From an uncultured Verrucomicrobiae bacterium (GTDB taxonomy: Bacteria > Verrucomicrobiota > Verrucomicrobiia > Palsa-1439): 64,000 nt of DNA. A program made the position numbers and the translations under genes. The notes beneath the pieces are model-generated. The model did not search any database. It saw only the letters and a program-made list of their open reading frames with translations, and was not told the DNA's origin. The stretch's first letter is position 1. Each line of letters opens with the position of its first letter. This document shows positions 33,411-43,286 of this stretch, piece by piece. The DNA lies in the NCBI GenBank assembly GCA_963812605.1, contig CAWEWF010000004.1, positions 224,001 to 288,000 on the forward strand, in the 5' to 3' direction.

Positions 33411-34211
33411 GTGGGGATGCGAATCACGATTTTGGGTAGTGGCAGCGCCGGCAATTGCACCTTGATTGAAACCGACACGACGAAACTTCTCGTCGATGCC
33501 GGTCTGAGTGGCCGCCAGATCGCCCAGCGGCTTGCGCTCATCAGCCGCAACCTCGAAGAGATCACGGGTGTCGTCCTCACCCACGAGCACAGCGACCATA
33601 CCCGCGCTCTCGGCGTGCTCTGCAAAACGCGTCCGCTGCCCGTCTACGCGAATCGCCTTACCGCCGAGGCCATTGCCACCGATCCCGACTGGCAGGACCG
33701 CGTCCGCATCTCGTGGCGGCTGTTTCCCACGGGCGGTTCCTTCGAGGTGGGTGACCTGCTGGTCGAATCCTTCAGCGTGCCGCACGATGCCTACGACCCG
33801 GTGGGTTATGTCGTTCGCCATCCTGGTTCCGGCATTGCGGTGGGCGTCCTCACCGATCTGGGCCACGCCACCAAGCTCGTCACCGAACGTATGCGTTCCA
33901 TGGATGTGCTGGTCGTGGAAGCCAACCACGATGTGAAGTTGCTGCAAGAGGATGCCGCCCGCCCCTGGGCCCTGAAACAGCGCATCATGAGCCGTCACGG
34001 TCATCTCAGCAATGACGCCGCGGCAACGCTCGCCAGCGAAGTCGCCTGCGACAAACTGCGCCACGTCTTTCTCGCGCACCTCAGCCAGGACTGCAATCGC
34101 CCCGAACTCGCGCAACAGGCGGTCGGCGACCAGCTTCAGAAAATCGGCGCGCGCCACATCAAGGTCGCCGTCGCCAGTCAGGACAAACCGACCGCGACGT
34201 TGACGTTATGA
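33411..34211 (+). CDS. MBL-fold metallo-hydrolase (YycJ/PhnP-like)
   Basis: LGSGSAGN, LTHEHSDH, VPHDA, TDLG, EANHD, GHLSN, AHLSQDCN. Confidence 0.92.
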   Translation: MGMRITILGSGSAGNCTLIETDTTKLLVDAGLSGRQIAQRLALISRNLEEITGVVLTHEHSDHTRALGVLCKTRPLPVYANRLTAEAIATDPDWQDRVRISWRLFPTGGSFEVGDLLVESFSVPHDAYDPVGYVVRHPGSGIAVGVLTDLGHATKLVTERMRSMDVLVVEANHDVKLLQEDAARPWALKQRIMSRHGHLSNDAAATLASEVACDKLRHVFLAHLSQDCNRPELAQQAVGDQLQKIGARHIKVAVASQDKPTATLTL

Positions 34212-35320
34212 TCATCGGCGTCCCCAGGGAGATCAAAAACAACGAATATCGCGTCGGCCTGCTGCCAGTCCATTGTGAAGCGCTAACCGAAGCGGGTCAT
34301 TCGGTGCTGGTGGAACACCGGGCGGGCGAAGGCAGCGGCGCGCTGGACCAGGATTATCGGGCCGCCGGCGCCACCATCGTCAATTCCGCCCGTGTCCTCT
34401 TCCGCCGCGCCGATCTGATTGTGAAGGTCAAGGAACCGCAACCCTCCGAGATTTCCTTGCTACGCGCCGGGCAAATCGTTTTCACGTACTTCCATTTCGC
34501 CGCCGACAAAAAACTCTTCGAGGCCACAGTTCGCAGCGGCATCATTGCCATCGCCTACGAGACGATTCAGTTGCCGAACGGTTCCCTGCCCTTGCTGACG
34601 CCCATGAGCGAGATCGCGGGACGAATGGCGGTCCATGAAGGGGCGAAGTACCTCGAAGAGCCGACAAAAGGCCGGGGGTTGTTGCTTGCCGGCGTGCCGG
34701 GCGTCGCGCCGGCCAAAGTCGTGATCCTCGGCGGCGGCATTGTCGGCGCGAACGCCGCCAAGATGGCCGCCGGCCTGGGTGCGGACGTGTCGGTTCTCGA
34801 CATCAACCTGGATCGCCTGCGCTATCTCGACGACGTGATGCCGAAAAACGTCAAGACCCTGATGAGCAATACCCACAATATTCGCGAGCAGGTTCGCGAA
34901 GCGGATTTGCTCATTGGCGCGGTGTTACGGGCCGGGGCGCGGGCTCCGATGCTCGTCTCCCGCAAGCTGGTCAAGCAAATGAAACGCGGCGCGGTCATCG
35001 TGGATGTGGCCATCGACCAGGGCGGCTGCATCGAGACCTCGCGGCCCACAACACACGAAAAACCAACCTACCTCGTCAATGGTGTCGTGCATTACTGCGT
35101 CACAAACATGCCCGGTGCGGTCGCGCGGACTTCGACGACAGCCTTGACAAACGCCACTTTCCCGTACGCCATGGAAATCGCCCGCCGGGGATACAGCCGC
35201 GCCGTGCGCGAAAACACAGCGCTGGCGACGGGTGTAAACATCGCGCGAGGCCGGGTGGTTTATCCCGACCTCGCAACGCAATATCGGACACCGTTAACCA
35301 GCCTCCAAGAAATCCCCTGA
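34208..35320 (+). CDS. ald: Alanine dehydrogenase
   Basis: MIIGVPREIKNNEYRV, KVKEP, LPLLTPMSEIAGR, DVAIDQGGC, HYCVTNMPGAV. Confidence 0.97.
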   Translation: MIIGVPREIKNNEYRVGLLPVHCEALTEAGHSVLVEHRAGEGSGALDQDYRAAGATIVNSARVLFRRADLIVKVKEPQPSEISLLRAGQIVFTYFHFAADKKLFEATVRSGIIAIAYETIQLPNGSLPLLTPMSEIAGRMAVHEGAKYLEEPTKGRGLLLAGVPGVAPAKVVILGGGIVGANAAKMAAGLGADVSVLDINLDRLRYLDDVMPKNVKTLMSNTHNIREQVREADLLIGAVLRAGARAPMLVSRKLVKQMKRGAVIVDVAIDQGGCIETSRPTTHEKPTYLVNGVVHYCVTNMPGAVARTSTTALTNATFPYAMEIARRGYSRAVRENTALATGVNIARGRVVYPDLATQYRTPLTSLQEIP

Positions 35321-35324
35321 CCCT

Positions 35325-35567
35325 TTAGCGGTAGTAGTAGCCGCCACGATAGTAGCAGCTCGGGTAATACCGATAGACCGGTCGATAATACACCGGCGCG
35401 CGGTAGCAGTACCCGGGATAATATGCCGCGTACCATGGGTAATAACCGTAACCGCCGAACCCAACATTCACCGAAACGAACGTTCGCGCCTGGGCCGGTG
35501 CCGCCAGCAAGCAGGACAAAGTCACCACGGCCACGAACCCGCCGACAATCTTAAGAATTCTTTTCAT
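35325..35567 (-). CDS. Small secreted Tyr/Pro/Arg-rich protein
   Basis: GGAGG RBS; signal peptide ending APAQA; mature RTFVSVNVGFGGYGYYPWY...YYYR. Confidence 0.7.
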   Translation of the reverse strand: MKRILKIVGGFVAVVTLSCLLAAPAQARTFVSVNVGFGGYGYYPWYAAYYPGYCYRAPVYYRPVYRYYPSCYYRGGYYYR

Positions 35568-35720
35568 GTGAACCCTCCATTCTGCACTATTGGACTTGTC
35601 ACCAATAAATTTATTCAATCGAGCTAAACCTGCAAGTGGTTGCGAAGCTGGAGCGCCACGCTCCGTCGTTGGCCGAGGTTCTATCCAATTGGACCGGAGG
35701 CTCTTGTCTGCCTCCATGTA

Positions 35721-36651
35721 CTACCCCTTCAGCGCGCCCATCTGGATGCCGCTGATGAACCACTTTTGCCCGATGATGAAAACCACAATCATTGGCAGGA
35801 TCATCATCACCGACCCCGCCATGAGCAGCGTCCACTGTGTGCTGTACAACCCCATGAACGACAGCAGCCCCAGCGGCAGCGTTTTCATCGAATCCTGCGT
35901 CAGCATGATGAGCGGCCAATAAAAACTCTGCCAGTTGCCAAGAAACGTAAAAATCGCCAGCGTCGCCAGCGCGGGTTTGCTCAACGGCAGGATGATCGTC
36001 GTGAAAATGCGGAACAATCCGCAACCGTCGATCGTCGCCGCTTCCTCCAGGTCGCGCGGGATACTCATGAAAAACTGCCGCAGCATGAATGTCCCGTACG
36101 CCGAGAACATCACGGCCACGATCAACGCGAAATAGGAATCCAATCCCACCAGCCGTCCCACATCGTACGTGCGCCCAAAAAGGGAAATCACGCGCGGTGC
36201 ATCCCAGTTCACGAATGGCGCGGCCACCGTCAGCCAGTCGGTGATTTTGCGCATCAAAATGAAATTCGGGATCATCGTCACCGCGCCGGGGATCATCATT
36301 GTCCCGAGATAACCGAGAAACAGCTTGTCGCGTCCGGGAAACTGCAGCCGCGAGAACGCGTACGCCGCGCAGGCGCTGGTGCTCACCTGCCCCAGGGTCA
36401 CAACGACCGCAACCAGAACGCTGTTCAGATACCAGCGTGCAAATCCGCCGCCCATCTCTTGCGTTGCGTCATAAACCTTCCCGTAATTCCGCCACTGTAC
36501 CTCGCCGCGCACCAGCGCCTCTAAGCGACTGTCCACCGATTTGAAAACTTCGCCCGACGGTTTCACCAACGTCGAGAACATCCAGAGGAACGGGAGCAGC
36601 ATGAACAGACCAATGCAACCGAGAACCGTGTAACTGAGAACTTTTGTTCAC
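35721..36651 (-). CDS. Carbohydrate ABC transporter permease (MalG-like); frameshift near 36643
   Basis: LRQFFMSIPRDLEEAATIDG EAA motif. Removing one A gives the N-terminus MNKVLSYTVLGCIGLFMLLP. Confidence 0.9.
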
Positions 36652-36663
36652 CGGCAGCGCATC

Positions 36664-37584
36664 TCAGTAATGGACGACTCGTCCCCCAAACCGCCAGTTC
36701 AACATGGTCGCCGCGAACACCGCCGTGAACAGCACCCACGCCATCGCCGCTGCGTACCCCATGTGGTTCCAGGCGAACGCGTGATTATAAATGTAATAGC
36801 TAATCGTCGTGGTCGACCCAGCGGGGCCGCCCCGCGTCATCACGTAGGCCTGGTCAAATCCACCTTGCAGCCCGCCGATCAAGCTCATGGTGAAAACAAA
36901 GAATGTCGTCGGACTGACCAGCGGCCAGGTGATCGCCCGAAACTTCTGCCACTGATTCGCGCCGTCAATGTCCGCCGCTTCGTACAACTCGGGCGATACG
37001 CCCTGCAACGCCGCAAGAAACAAAATCATGTTGTAGCCGCCCACGACCGTCCAAAACGTCATGAACATCAGCGCCGGCTTGGCCCACGTCACGGAGTGCA
37101 GCCATTGCGGCGGCCATTCGACGCCGAGGTTGCTGATCCCTTGGTTCAACCATCGCGGAAACCAATGGGTGATGATCGTATTGATCAACCCGTAGTCGGG
37201 ATTGTAAATCCACCGCCAGAGCAGATAGGTCCCGACGCCCATCACAATGGTTGGCAAAAAATAAATCGTGCGAAACACCACGATCCCGCGCAGCTTCTGG
37301 TTCATCACCATCGCCAAAAACAGCGACCCCAGGATGTTCACCGGGATCGTCAGCATCAGGAAGACTGTGTTGAAGGCGTAACGCCAAAAGTCGTGGTCCT
37401 TCAGCAGCGTGGCAAAATTCTGAAGCCCCACGAACTTCGGCGGGCTGAAAAGGTCCCATTCAAAAAAACTCAATCCCAGCGAAACGACTACGGGAATAAG
37501 GGTAAACGCCAGGAAACCGAGCAGGTTCGGCAAAAGGAATAAATACCCCGCCAGCGCAGACCGTCCCCGTTTCGTTCGTGCCAT
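36664..37584 (-). CDS. Carbohydrate ABC transporter permease (MalF-like)
   Basis: FVGLQNF, FRTIYFLP, ELYEAADIDGA, MTRGGP. Confidence 0.93.
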   Translation of the reverse strand: MARTKRGRSALAGYLFLLPNLLGFLAFTLIPVVVSLGLSFFEWDLFSPPKFVGLQNFATLLKDHDFWRYAFNTVFLMLTIPVNILGSLFLAMVMNQKLRGIVVFRTIYFLPTIVMGVGTYLLWRWIYNPDYGLINTIITHWFPRWLNQGISNLGVEWPPQWLHSVTWAKPALMFMTFWTVVGGYNMILFLAALQGVSPELYEAADIDGANQWQKFRAITWPLVSPTTFFVFTMSLIGGLQGGFDQAYVMTRGGPAGSTTTISYYIYNHAFAWNHMGYAAAMAWVLFTAVFAATMLNWRFGGRVVHY

Positions 37585-37702
37585 CCGAGATCTCCTTGGA
37601 ATCTCTGCGCCTTCTTACACCCCCGCGACGGTCACCGCAAGCCAATTGCCTTGTGCTCCAGCGAAGTGTGCGCTAAAGGAGGTGTCACGGAGGTCATCAC
37701 CA

Positions 37703-38074
37703 ATGAGAACATGGAAACTGATCGCAATTGCTTCGCTACTTTTCAGCGTCTCTCTGGCTTCACCAGCCGAATCCACGAACAAAGTCGTCGCCGCAAAAAC
37801 CTATACCGAAGAGCAGCTCCAGGCGCTCAACCGGAAAGCCGAACGGCAGTTTCATCAACTGGGAAAGAAACTGGACGATCTCAAGGCCCAGGCCCAAACA
37901 AAAACCGGCGACGCCAGGACCGCCTTCGATAAGAAAATCGCGGAAGCCCAGCAGAAGATCGATGAATTGAAACCGAAACTGACCGAACTGAAAACCGCCA
38001 CCACCAACGCCTGGAGCGACATCAAATCCGGCTTTGATAAAGGCCTCGATGACCTCAGAAACGCGCTGAAGTAG
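37703..38074 (+). CDS. Small secreted coiled-coil protein
   Basis: GGAGG RBS, signal peptide, ELKTATTNAWSDIKSGFDK tail. Confidence 0.7.
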   Translation: MRTWKLIAIASLLFSVSLASPAESTNKVVAAKTYTEEQLQALNRKAERQFHQLGKKLDDLKAQAQTKTGDARTAFDKKIAEAQQKIDELKPKLTELKTATTNAWSDIKSGFDKGLDDLRNALK

Positions 38075-38084
38075 GGAACTTCGC

Positions 38085-39178
38085 CTAGATCGTCTTCCCG
38101 ATCGCCGCCGCCACCGCGCGCATCTGCGCCACGAGCACTTCAAACTTGTCCGGAAGCATCGCCTGCTCGCCGTCCGACAGCGCGGCTTCGGGATCGTTGT
38201 GGACCTCAATCATGATTCCGTCAGCGCCGGCGGCAACTGCGGCCAGTGCCATCGTAGGGATAAGATCGCGATGACCCGCACCGTGCGTGGGATCAACAAT
38301 CACCGGCAGGTGGGATTCCTTCTTGAACGCGGGGACCGCCGAGAGGTCGAGCGTGTTGCGCGTGTAGGTCTCGAACGTGCGGATGCCGCGCTCGCAGAGC
38401 ATGACGTTCATGTTGCCTTCGCTGAGAATGTATTCGGCGCTGAGCAACACATCCTTGACCGTCGCCGCCATGCCGCGCTTGAGCATCACCGGCTTCTGGC
38501 ACCGGCCGACTTCCTTCAAGAGCGAAAAATTCTGCATGTTGCGCGCGCCGATCTGGATGATGTCCGCGTATTGCTCGACCAGCTCCACGTCCTTGGTGTC
38601 CATCAACTCGGTAATGACAGGCAACCCCGTCGCCGCGCGCGCTTCCGCCAGCAGTTTCAACCCTTCCTTGCCCAGCCCCTGGAACGTGTACGGCGACGTG
38701 CGCGGCTTGAAAGCGCCGCCACGCAATACCGTCGCCCCCGCCTTCTTTACGATCTTCGCGATCTCCAAAATCTGCTCGCGGCTCTCCACCGAGCACGGCC
38801 CGCTCATCAGCACGACCTTCTTCTGGTCGCCGACTGTATTGTGGCCAGACCCCGCGTCCGCGTGTTGGTGGCACAGGCGTCCCTGCCTGTGTTGGGTGTC
38901 ATGATCTCAATCACCGTTCGCTTGCGCGTGAAATCGTAGCTGGTGAGCTTGTACGGCTTCATCACCGGCGTGACCGACGACACGCCCGGGAAAGCCGCCA
39001 GCGGTTTCTCGCGAATCAGGTCCTCAGGCCCGATAACGCCGATGATCGTGCGCTCGACCCCGCGGCTCGTGTGCGGTTTCAGCCCCCACTTGCGAATCGC
39101 GTCTTCAATATGCGCGACCTGCTCGTCCGTCGCCTCCGGTTTGCAAATGATGATCATGATTTTATTCTCGACCGCCAA
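38085..39178 (-). CDS. aroF: DAHP synthase type I-beta with N-terminal regulatory domain; REP insert and frameshift near 38850
   Basis: [62 protein letters not shown]. Confidence 0.93.
38867..38891. repeat. REP-like palindrome inside aroF
   Basis: Identical to 29114-29138; translated as TGRDACAT. Confidence 0.85.
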
Positions 39179-39231
39179 TGGATACGAATCAGCGCGAATA
39201 CTTCGCGTCCATTCGTGTTCATTCGCGGTTT
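39177..39231. repeat. Short imperfect inverted repeat at the hisC/aroF junction
   Basis: atggatacgaatcagcgcgaa ... ttcgcgtccattcgtgttcattcgcggtt; supplies the hisC stop (aaccgcgaaTGA). Confidence 0.55.
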
Positions 39232-40368
39232 AGTTCCGCCCGCAACGCTCTGATAAACTTACGGTTCTCCTCCATCGTCCCGACACTCACCCGCACCCAC
39301 GCAGGCATTTTATACCCGCGCATCGGCCGCACAATCACGCCGCGCCGCTGCAAAGCGCGGAATACTTCATCGCCATCGCCCACGTTGACAAGCACAAAGT
39401 TGGCGCAGCTCGGCACGTATTCGAGCTTCAGTCGCTTGAATTCCTTCTCCAAATACGCCAGCCCCCGCCGGGTCAACGCCTTCGTCTTCCGAATGTGCGC
39501 GGCGTCTCCCAAAGCGGCCAGCGCCCCGGCTTGCGCGACCGCATTCGTATTGAACGGTTGCCGCACCCGTTGCAGCAGGGCGATGCATTCCTTCTGCGCC
39601 ACCCCGTACCCGATGCGTAGTCCCGCCAAGCCGACAATCTTCGAGAACGTCCGCAACACAATCACGTTCCGCTTCATCGCGTACTCGATGGACGGCGGCG
39701 GATCGTCCAAAAACTCAATGTATGCCTCGTCCAGCACGGCAATCACGTGCGGTGGCAAACGCCGGATGAAATCATCCAGTTCCGCATCGGTCACGCGCGT
39801 GCCCGTTGGGTTGTTCGGGTTCGCGACAAAAACTAGCTTCGTCTTCGGCGTAATCGCCGCCAGCATCGCCTTCAAGTCGTGCGTGTGACCGCGAAACGGG
39901 ACCTCCACGCACCGCGCCTGGAACAGCTTCGCCATGATGCTGTAAATGACAAACGCGCGGTCGCCCAACAACAACTTCATCACCCGGCGAAACAAACGCG
40001 TGATACAGAAACTCAATGATCTCATTCGACCCCGTGCCGAGGATGATATTATCAATGCTGATGGAGGGTCGCGCGGAGCCTGTCCTGAGCGAAGTCGAAG
40101 GGTCCCGACCGCTTCGGCGTAGTTTGTCAGCGATTCCCTGCCGCAAATAAAACCCGCCGCCGTCCGGATAAAGATGCGCCGTCGCCAGCGCCTTCCGCAT
40201 CGCCACCACCGCCTTCGGCGAAGGCCCCAACGGATTCTCATTCGAAGCCAGCTTGATGATCGACCGCGGATCCACCCCCATCTCCCGCGCCACCTCCTCA
40301 ATCGGCCGCCCCGGCTCATAGACGGGAACATCACAAACAAATTGATTGGCAAGGGATGTGAAGTTCAC
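39219..40368 (-). CDS. hisC: Histidinol-phosphate aminotransferase; frameshift near 39965; in-frame repeat insert
   Basis: YEPGRPI, IKLASNENPLG, YPD, GSNEII, ANPNNPTG, DEAYIEF, LRTFSKIVGLAGLRIGY. Confidence 0.93.
40063..40111. repeat. Nested REP-like palindromes inside hisC
   Basis: Outer ggagggtcgcg...cccgaccg hairpin interrupted by cctgtcctgagcgaagtcgaagg; encodes GRD-PSTSLRTG-SARPS. Confidence 0.7.
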
Positions 40369-40562
40369 AGGGTCAGTGTGGCAAAGGCAGGCAGGGTGGT
40401 CAAACTTGAAACACGTGACCCCGTTTAGCGAATGGGACGGCATCGGTAAATACATCCTCGCTCAAGATAGCCGTTGACCCTTGCACAGAGAACAGCAACC
40501 GGATTAAGATGTGGGGCGTAGTGGTGCGCAGTATGCGCCACAATCGGGAGGCGTCGACAAGG

Positions 40563-41369
40563 ATGAGCCAGAATTCTAGAATTGAATGGACTGATGCAAC
40601 TTGGAATCCGGTGCGGGGATGCACCAAGGTTAGCCCTGGCTGCACCCACTGTTACGCCGAGACATTCGCCGAACGTTTTCGCGGAATCCCTGGCCACCCG
40701 TATGAGCACGGTTTTGATCCTCGGCTCGTGCCTGAAAAGTTGACTGAGCCCTTTCATTGGTCGACGCCTAAGATGATATTTGTCAACTCAATGAGCGATC
40801 TTTTCCACGAAAATGTTTCTGATGATTACATCGCTGCAGTTGCGAGAGTGATGAAACTTGCAAGCTGGCATACGTATCAAGTGCTGACCAAACGCTCGGA
40901 ACGTATGCGTCATCTGCTCGACACAAGAATTCGGTTTGCTGCTGACGAGCCGCACATCTGGTGGGGCGTTAGTGTGGAGAACCGAAAGCATGGACTGCCA
41001 AGGATCAACCACCTGAGGTCTGCACCAGCCAAGGTGCGCTTTCTGTCCATTGAACCGCTACTTGAAGACGTGGGACAAATCAACTTGCGTGGCATCAGTT
41101 GGGTAATTGTCGGTGGCGAAAGCGGCCCTGGCGCGAGGCCAATGAAAGCAGCTTGGGTTCGCTCCATTCGCTCCCAGTGTCGAGGCGCTGGCGTACCCTT
41201 CTTCTTTAAACAATGGGGTGGCGTTCGCAAAGTTGAAGCCGGGCGCAAGCTTGACGGCAGAGTTTACGACGAATTTCCTGCTCGGGTTGCACCAACTGTA
41301 GTCGCCGCTCCTGAAAGAATGGCTATGCTTCAAGAAGCAGAGTCCTCCTATAAGGTGGCTGTTGCGTAA
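40563..41369 (+). CDS. DUF5131 (phage Gp37/Gp68) three-Cys radical-SAM-like protein
   Basis: IEWTDATWNPVRGCTKVSPGCTHCYA, FVNSMSDLFH, LTKR, FLSIEPLL, GGESGPGARPM, FFFKQWGG. Confidence 0.93.
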   Translation: MSQNSRIEWTDATWNPVRGCTKVSPGCTHCYAETFAERFRGIPGHPYEHGFDPRLVPEKLTEPFHWSTPKMIFVNSMSDLFHENVSDDYIAAVARVMKLASWHTYQVLTKRSERMRHLLDTRIRFAADEPHIWWGVSVENRKHGLPRINHLRSAPAKVRFLSIEPLLEDVGQINLRGISWVIVGGESGPGARPMKAAWVRSIRSQCRGAGVPFFFKQWGGVRKVEAGRKLDGRVYDEFPARVAPTVVAAPERMAMLQEAESSYKVAVA

Positions 41370-42529
41370 TGGCGAAGGCCGACCACTATGTAGGACGCGA
41401 GCAAACGCTCGTTAAACACTTCATCTTGGAAAAGTATCTCGAACGCTTTGCACATATCGTCGGCAGCTTTTGGGACACGATCACCTACGTTGATTGTTTC
41501 TCCGGGCCGTGGAATGTCCGCTCCGAAAATCTGACCGACAGCTCGTTTTCCGTTGCGTTGCAGCAACTGCGCAACGCCCGCGACACACATAAGAGCAGAG
41601 GTAGGCATATTCGACTCCGCTGCTTTTTTCTGGAAAAGGATCGCACAGCTCACGCCAAACTGAAGGAGTTCGCTGATAAGATTAGGGACGTCGAGATTGA
41701 AACGCGAAACGCTTCACTCGAAGACTCCATCCCAGATGTCCTCGATTTCGCTAAAAGAGGTGGAGCACATTCGTTTCCGTTCATCTTCATTGATCCAACA
41801 GGTTGGACAGGTTTTGAAATGGTGGCAATCGCACCGCTCTTGCGACTGAACCCCGGCGAAGTCTTGATCAATTTTATGACGAGCCACGTTCGTCGTTTCA
41901 TTGATTCCCCACAGGAACAAACACAAGAAAGCTTTAAACGACTTTTCGGATCGGAGGTCTTCCGAGAGAGGATCCAGGGCCTGGCCCATCACGACCGGGA
42001 AGAAGCCGCAGTCTCCGAATACTCCAAGAACGTAAAGGATATCGGCAAGTTCAACCACGTTTGTACAGCGATTGTGCTCCACCCTGAAATCGACCGGAGC
42101 CATTTTCATCTGATTTACGCGACGCGAAATCCTAAGGGGATTGAAGTGTTTAAGGAGGCTGAGAAGAAGGCCATGCAACTTATGGAAGCCGCTCGAGCTG
42201 AAGCACGCACCAGAAGGCGCGAGCAACGAACTGGCCAACCCGACCTCTTTCCCGCCCAAGTCCTCAGCGATTCAAGCTACTACGATTCACTGCGGGATCG
42301 CCACCTTGCGAAGTCAAAAGATCTTGTATTGAAGGCCCTCAAGGAACGAAACCGTGTCCCGTACGACGAACTGTATGCACTAGCTCTCACAGAGTCTCTT
42401 ACCTGGGAAAGTGATTTGAAAGACTGGATCAACGAATGGAAGTCTGCGGGTAATCTGACGATTGAAGGGATGAGTTCGAAGCAGCGCGTGCCTCATCGAG
42501 GCGAAATAAATGTGCTCTCTTGGAGATAA
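41369..42529 (+). CDS. tcmP: Three-Cys-motif partner protein (methyltransferase-like fold)
   Basis: KHFILEKYL, YVDCFSGP, FIFIDPTGW, EVLINFM, HLIYATRN; TAATG overlap with DUF5131. Confidence 0.85.
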   Translation: MAKADHYVGREQTLVKHFILEKYLERFAHIVGSFWDTITYVDCFSGPWNVRSENLTDSSFSVALQQLRNARDTHKSRGRHIRLRCFFLEKDRTAHAKLKEFADKIRDVEIETRNASLEDSIPDVLDFAKRGGAHSFPFIFIDPTGWTGFEMVAIAPLLRLNPGEVLINFMTSHVRRFIDSPQEQTQESFKRLFGSEVFRERIQGLAHHDREEAAVSEYSKNVKDIGKFNHVCTAIVLHPEIDRSHFHLIYATRNPKGIEVFKEAEKKAMQLMEAARAEARTRRREQRTGQPDLFPAQVLSDSSYYDSLRDRHLAKSKDLVLKALKERNRVPYDELYALALTESLTWESDLKDWINEWKSAGNLTIEGMSSKQRVPHRGEINVLSWR

Positions 42530-42547
42530 TCGGCGCAGAGTTTACCG

Positions 42548-42733
42548 TTACCCATTCACATTCGGATAACTGCCGAGGATTTTGACGAACATCGTGTGCT
42601 TGGCCAATTCAGCCAGCGCTTTCTTCACGAGCGCGTCTTCGCAGTGGCCGAGGATGTCCACGAAGAAGTAATACTCCCATGCCTTCTTCTTGCTGGGACG
42701 CGACTCGATCTTGGTCATGTTGATTTTGAGTTT
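42548..42733 (-). pseudogene. Displaced 3' end of pheA
   Basis: 186-bp direct repeat of 43535-43720 encoding the identical KINMTKIESRPSKKKAWEYYFFVD...GSYPNVNG*. Confidence 0.92.
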
Positions 42734-42944
42734 TTACCGCAGACGACGGTGCGCCCAAGGGCCATCAGAATCGCGGTGTTAGAATACAGCCACCGACTAA
42801 TCCTGGACAAGGCATTTGCGAACAGGTTGACGGAAATCGCCATTCAATTCCCGGATGTCCACCAGACGCCCCACCCCTCCATACAACCAACCCACCGCCG
42901 CCTCGTAGTTCCCCTGCTCTTCCAGCCCAATTTCCAGTCCCGGT

Positions 42945-43231
42945 TTATAGATAGTGCTATCCATAAATCTCACAACTTGCGCCAGCCAGCCGACCATGGG
43001 GATCGTGTTCACTAGGCTGGTGTTGGCTTGAAAGTTCGTTGACTCTGGTTACCCTCATGATTTCGTGTTATTTTTTCACCCTTGTGATTTATGGATAGTG
43101 CTATCCATAACCTCATGCATGAACCGGCCGGCGCTGTTTTGATGTCCGCGACACCGCCCCTGCCGAACGATTTATCCCGATACCGCCGCCATTTCTTCGT
43201 TCTTGCGATTTATGGATAGTGCTATCTATAA
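42945..43231. promoter_or_regulatory. Three 22-bp palindromic operators embedded in promoters
   Basis: TTATGGATAG-TG-CTATCCATAA at 42945-42966, 43089-43110 and 43210-43231 (0-1 mismatch). The third sits in TTGCGA-N18-TATAAT. Confidence 0.8.
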
Positions 43232-43286
43232 TTGCGGCAGGGAGTGAAGGCGCTGGATTTGTGTTTCACCCACTGAAAGAATTGCG

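Noticed and set aside
42797-43012. 71-aa minus-strand ORF in the pheA-bounded insert
   Set aside because: It runs through the operator palindrome and has no clear RBS or motif.
42945-43231. Triple 22-bp palindrome as a CRISPR array
   Set aside because: Spacers are about 100-120 bp and unequal, one copy is inverted, and there are no cas genes. It fits operators better.
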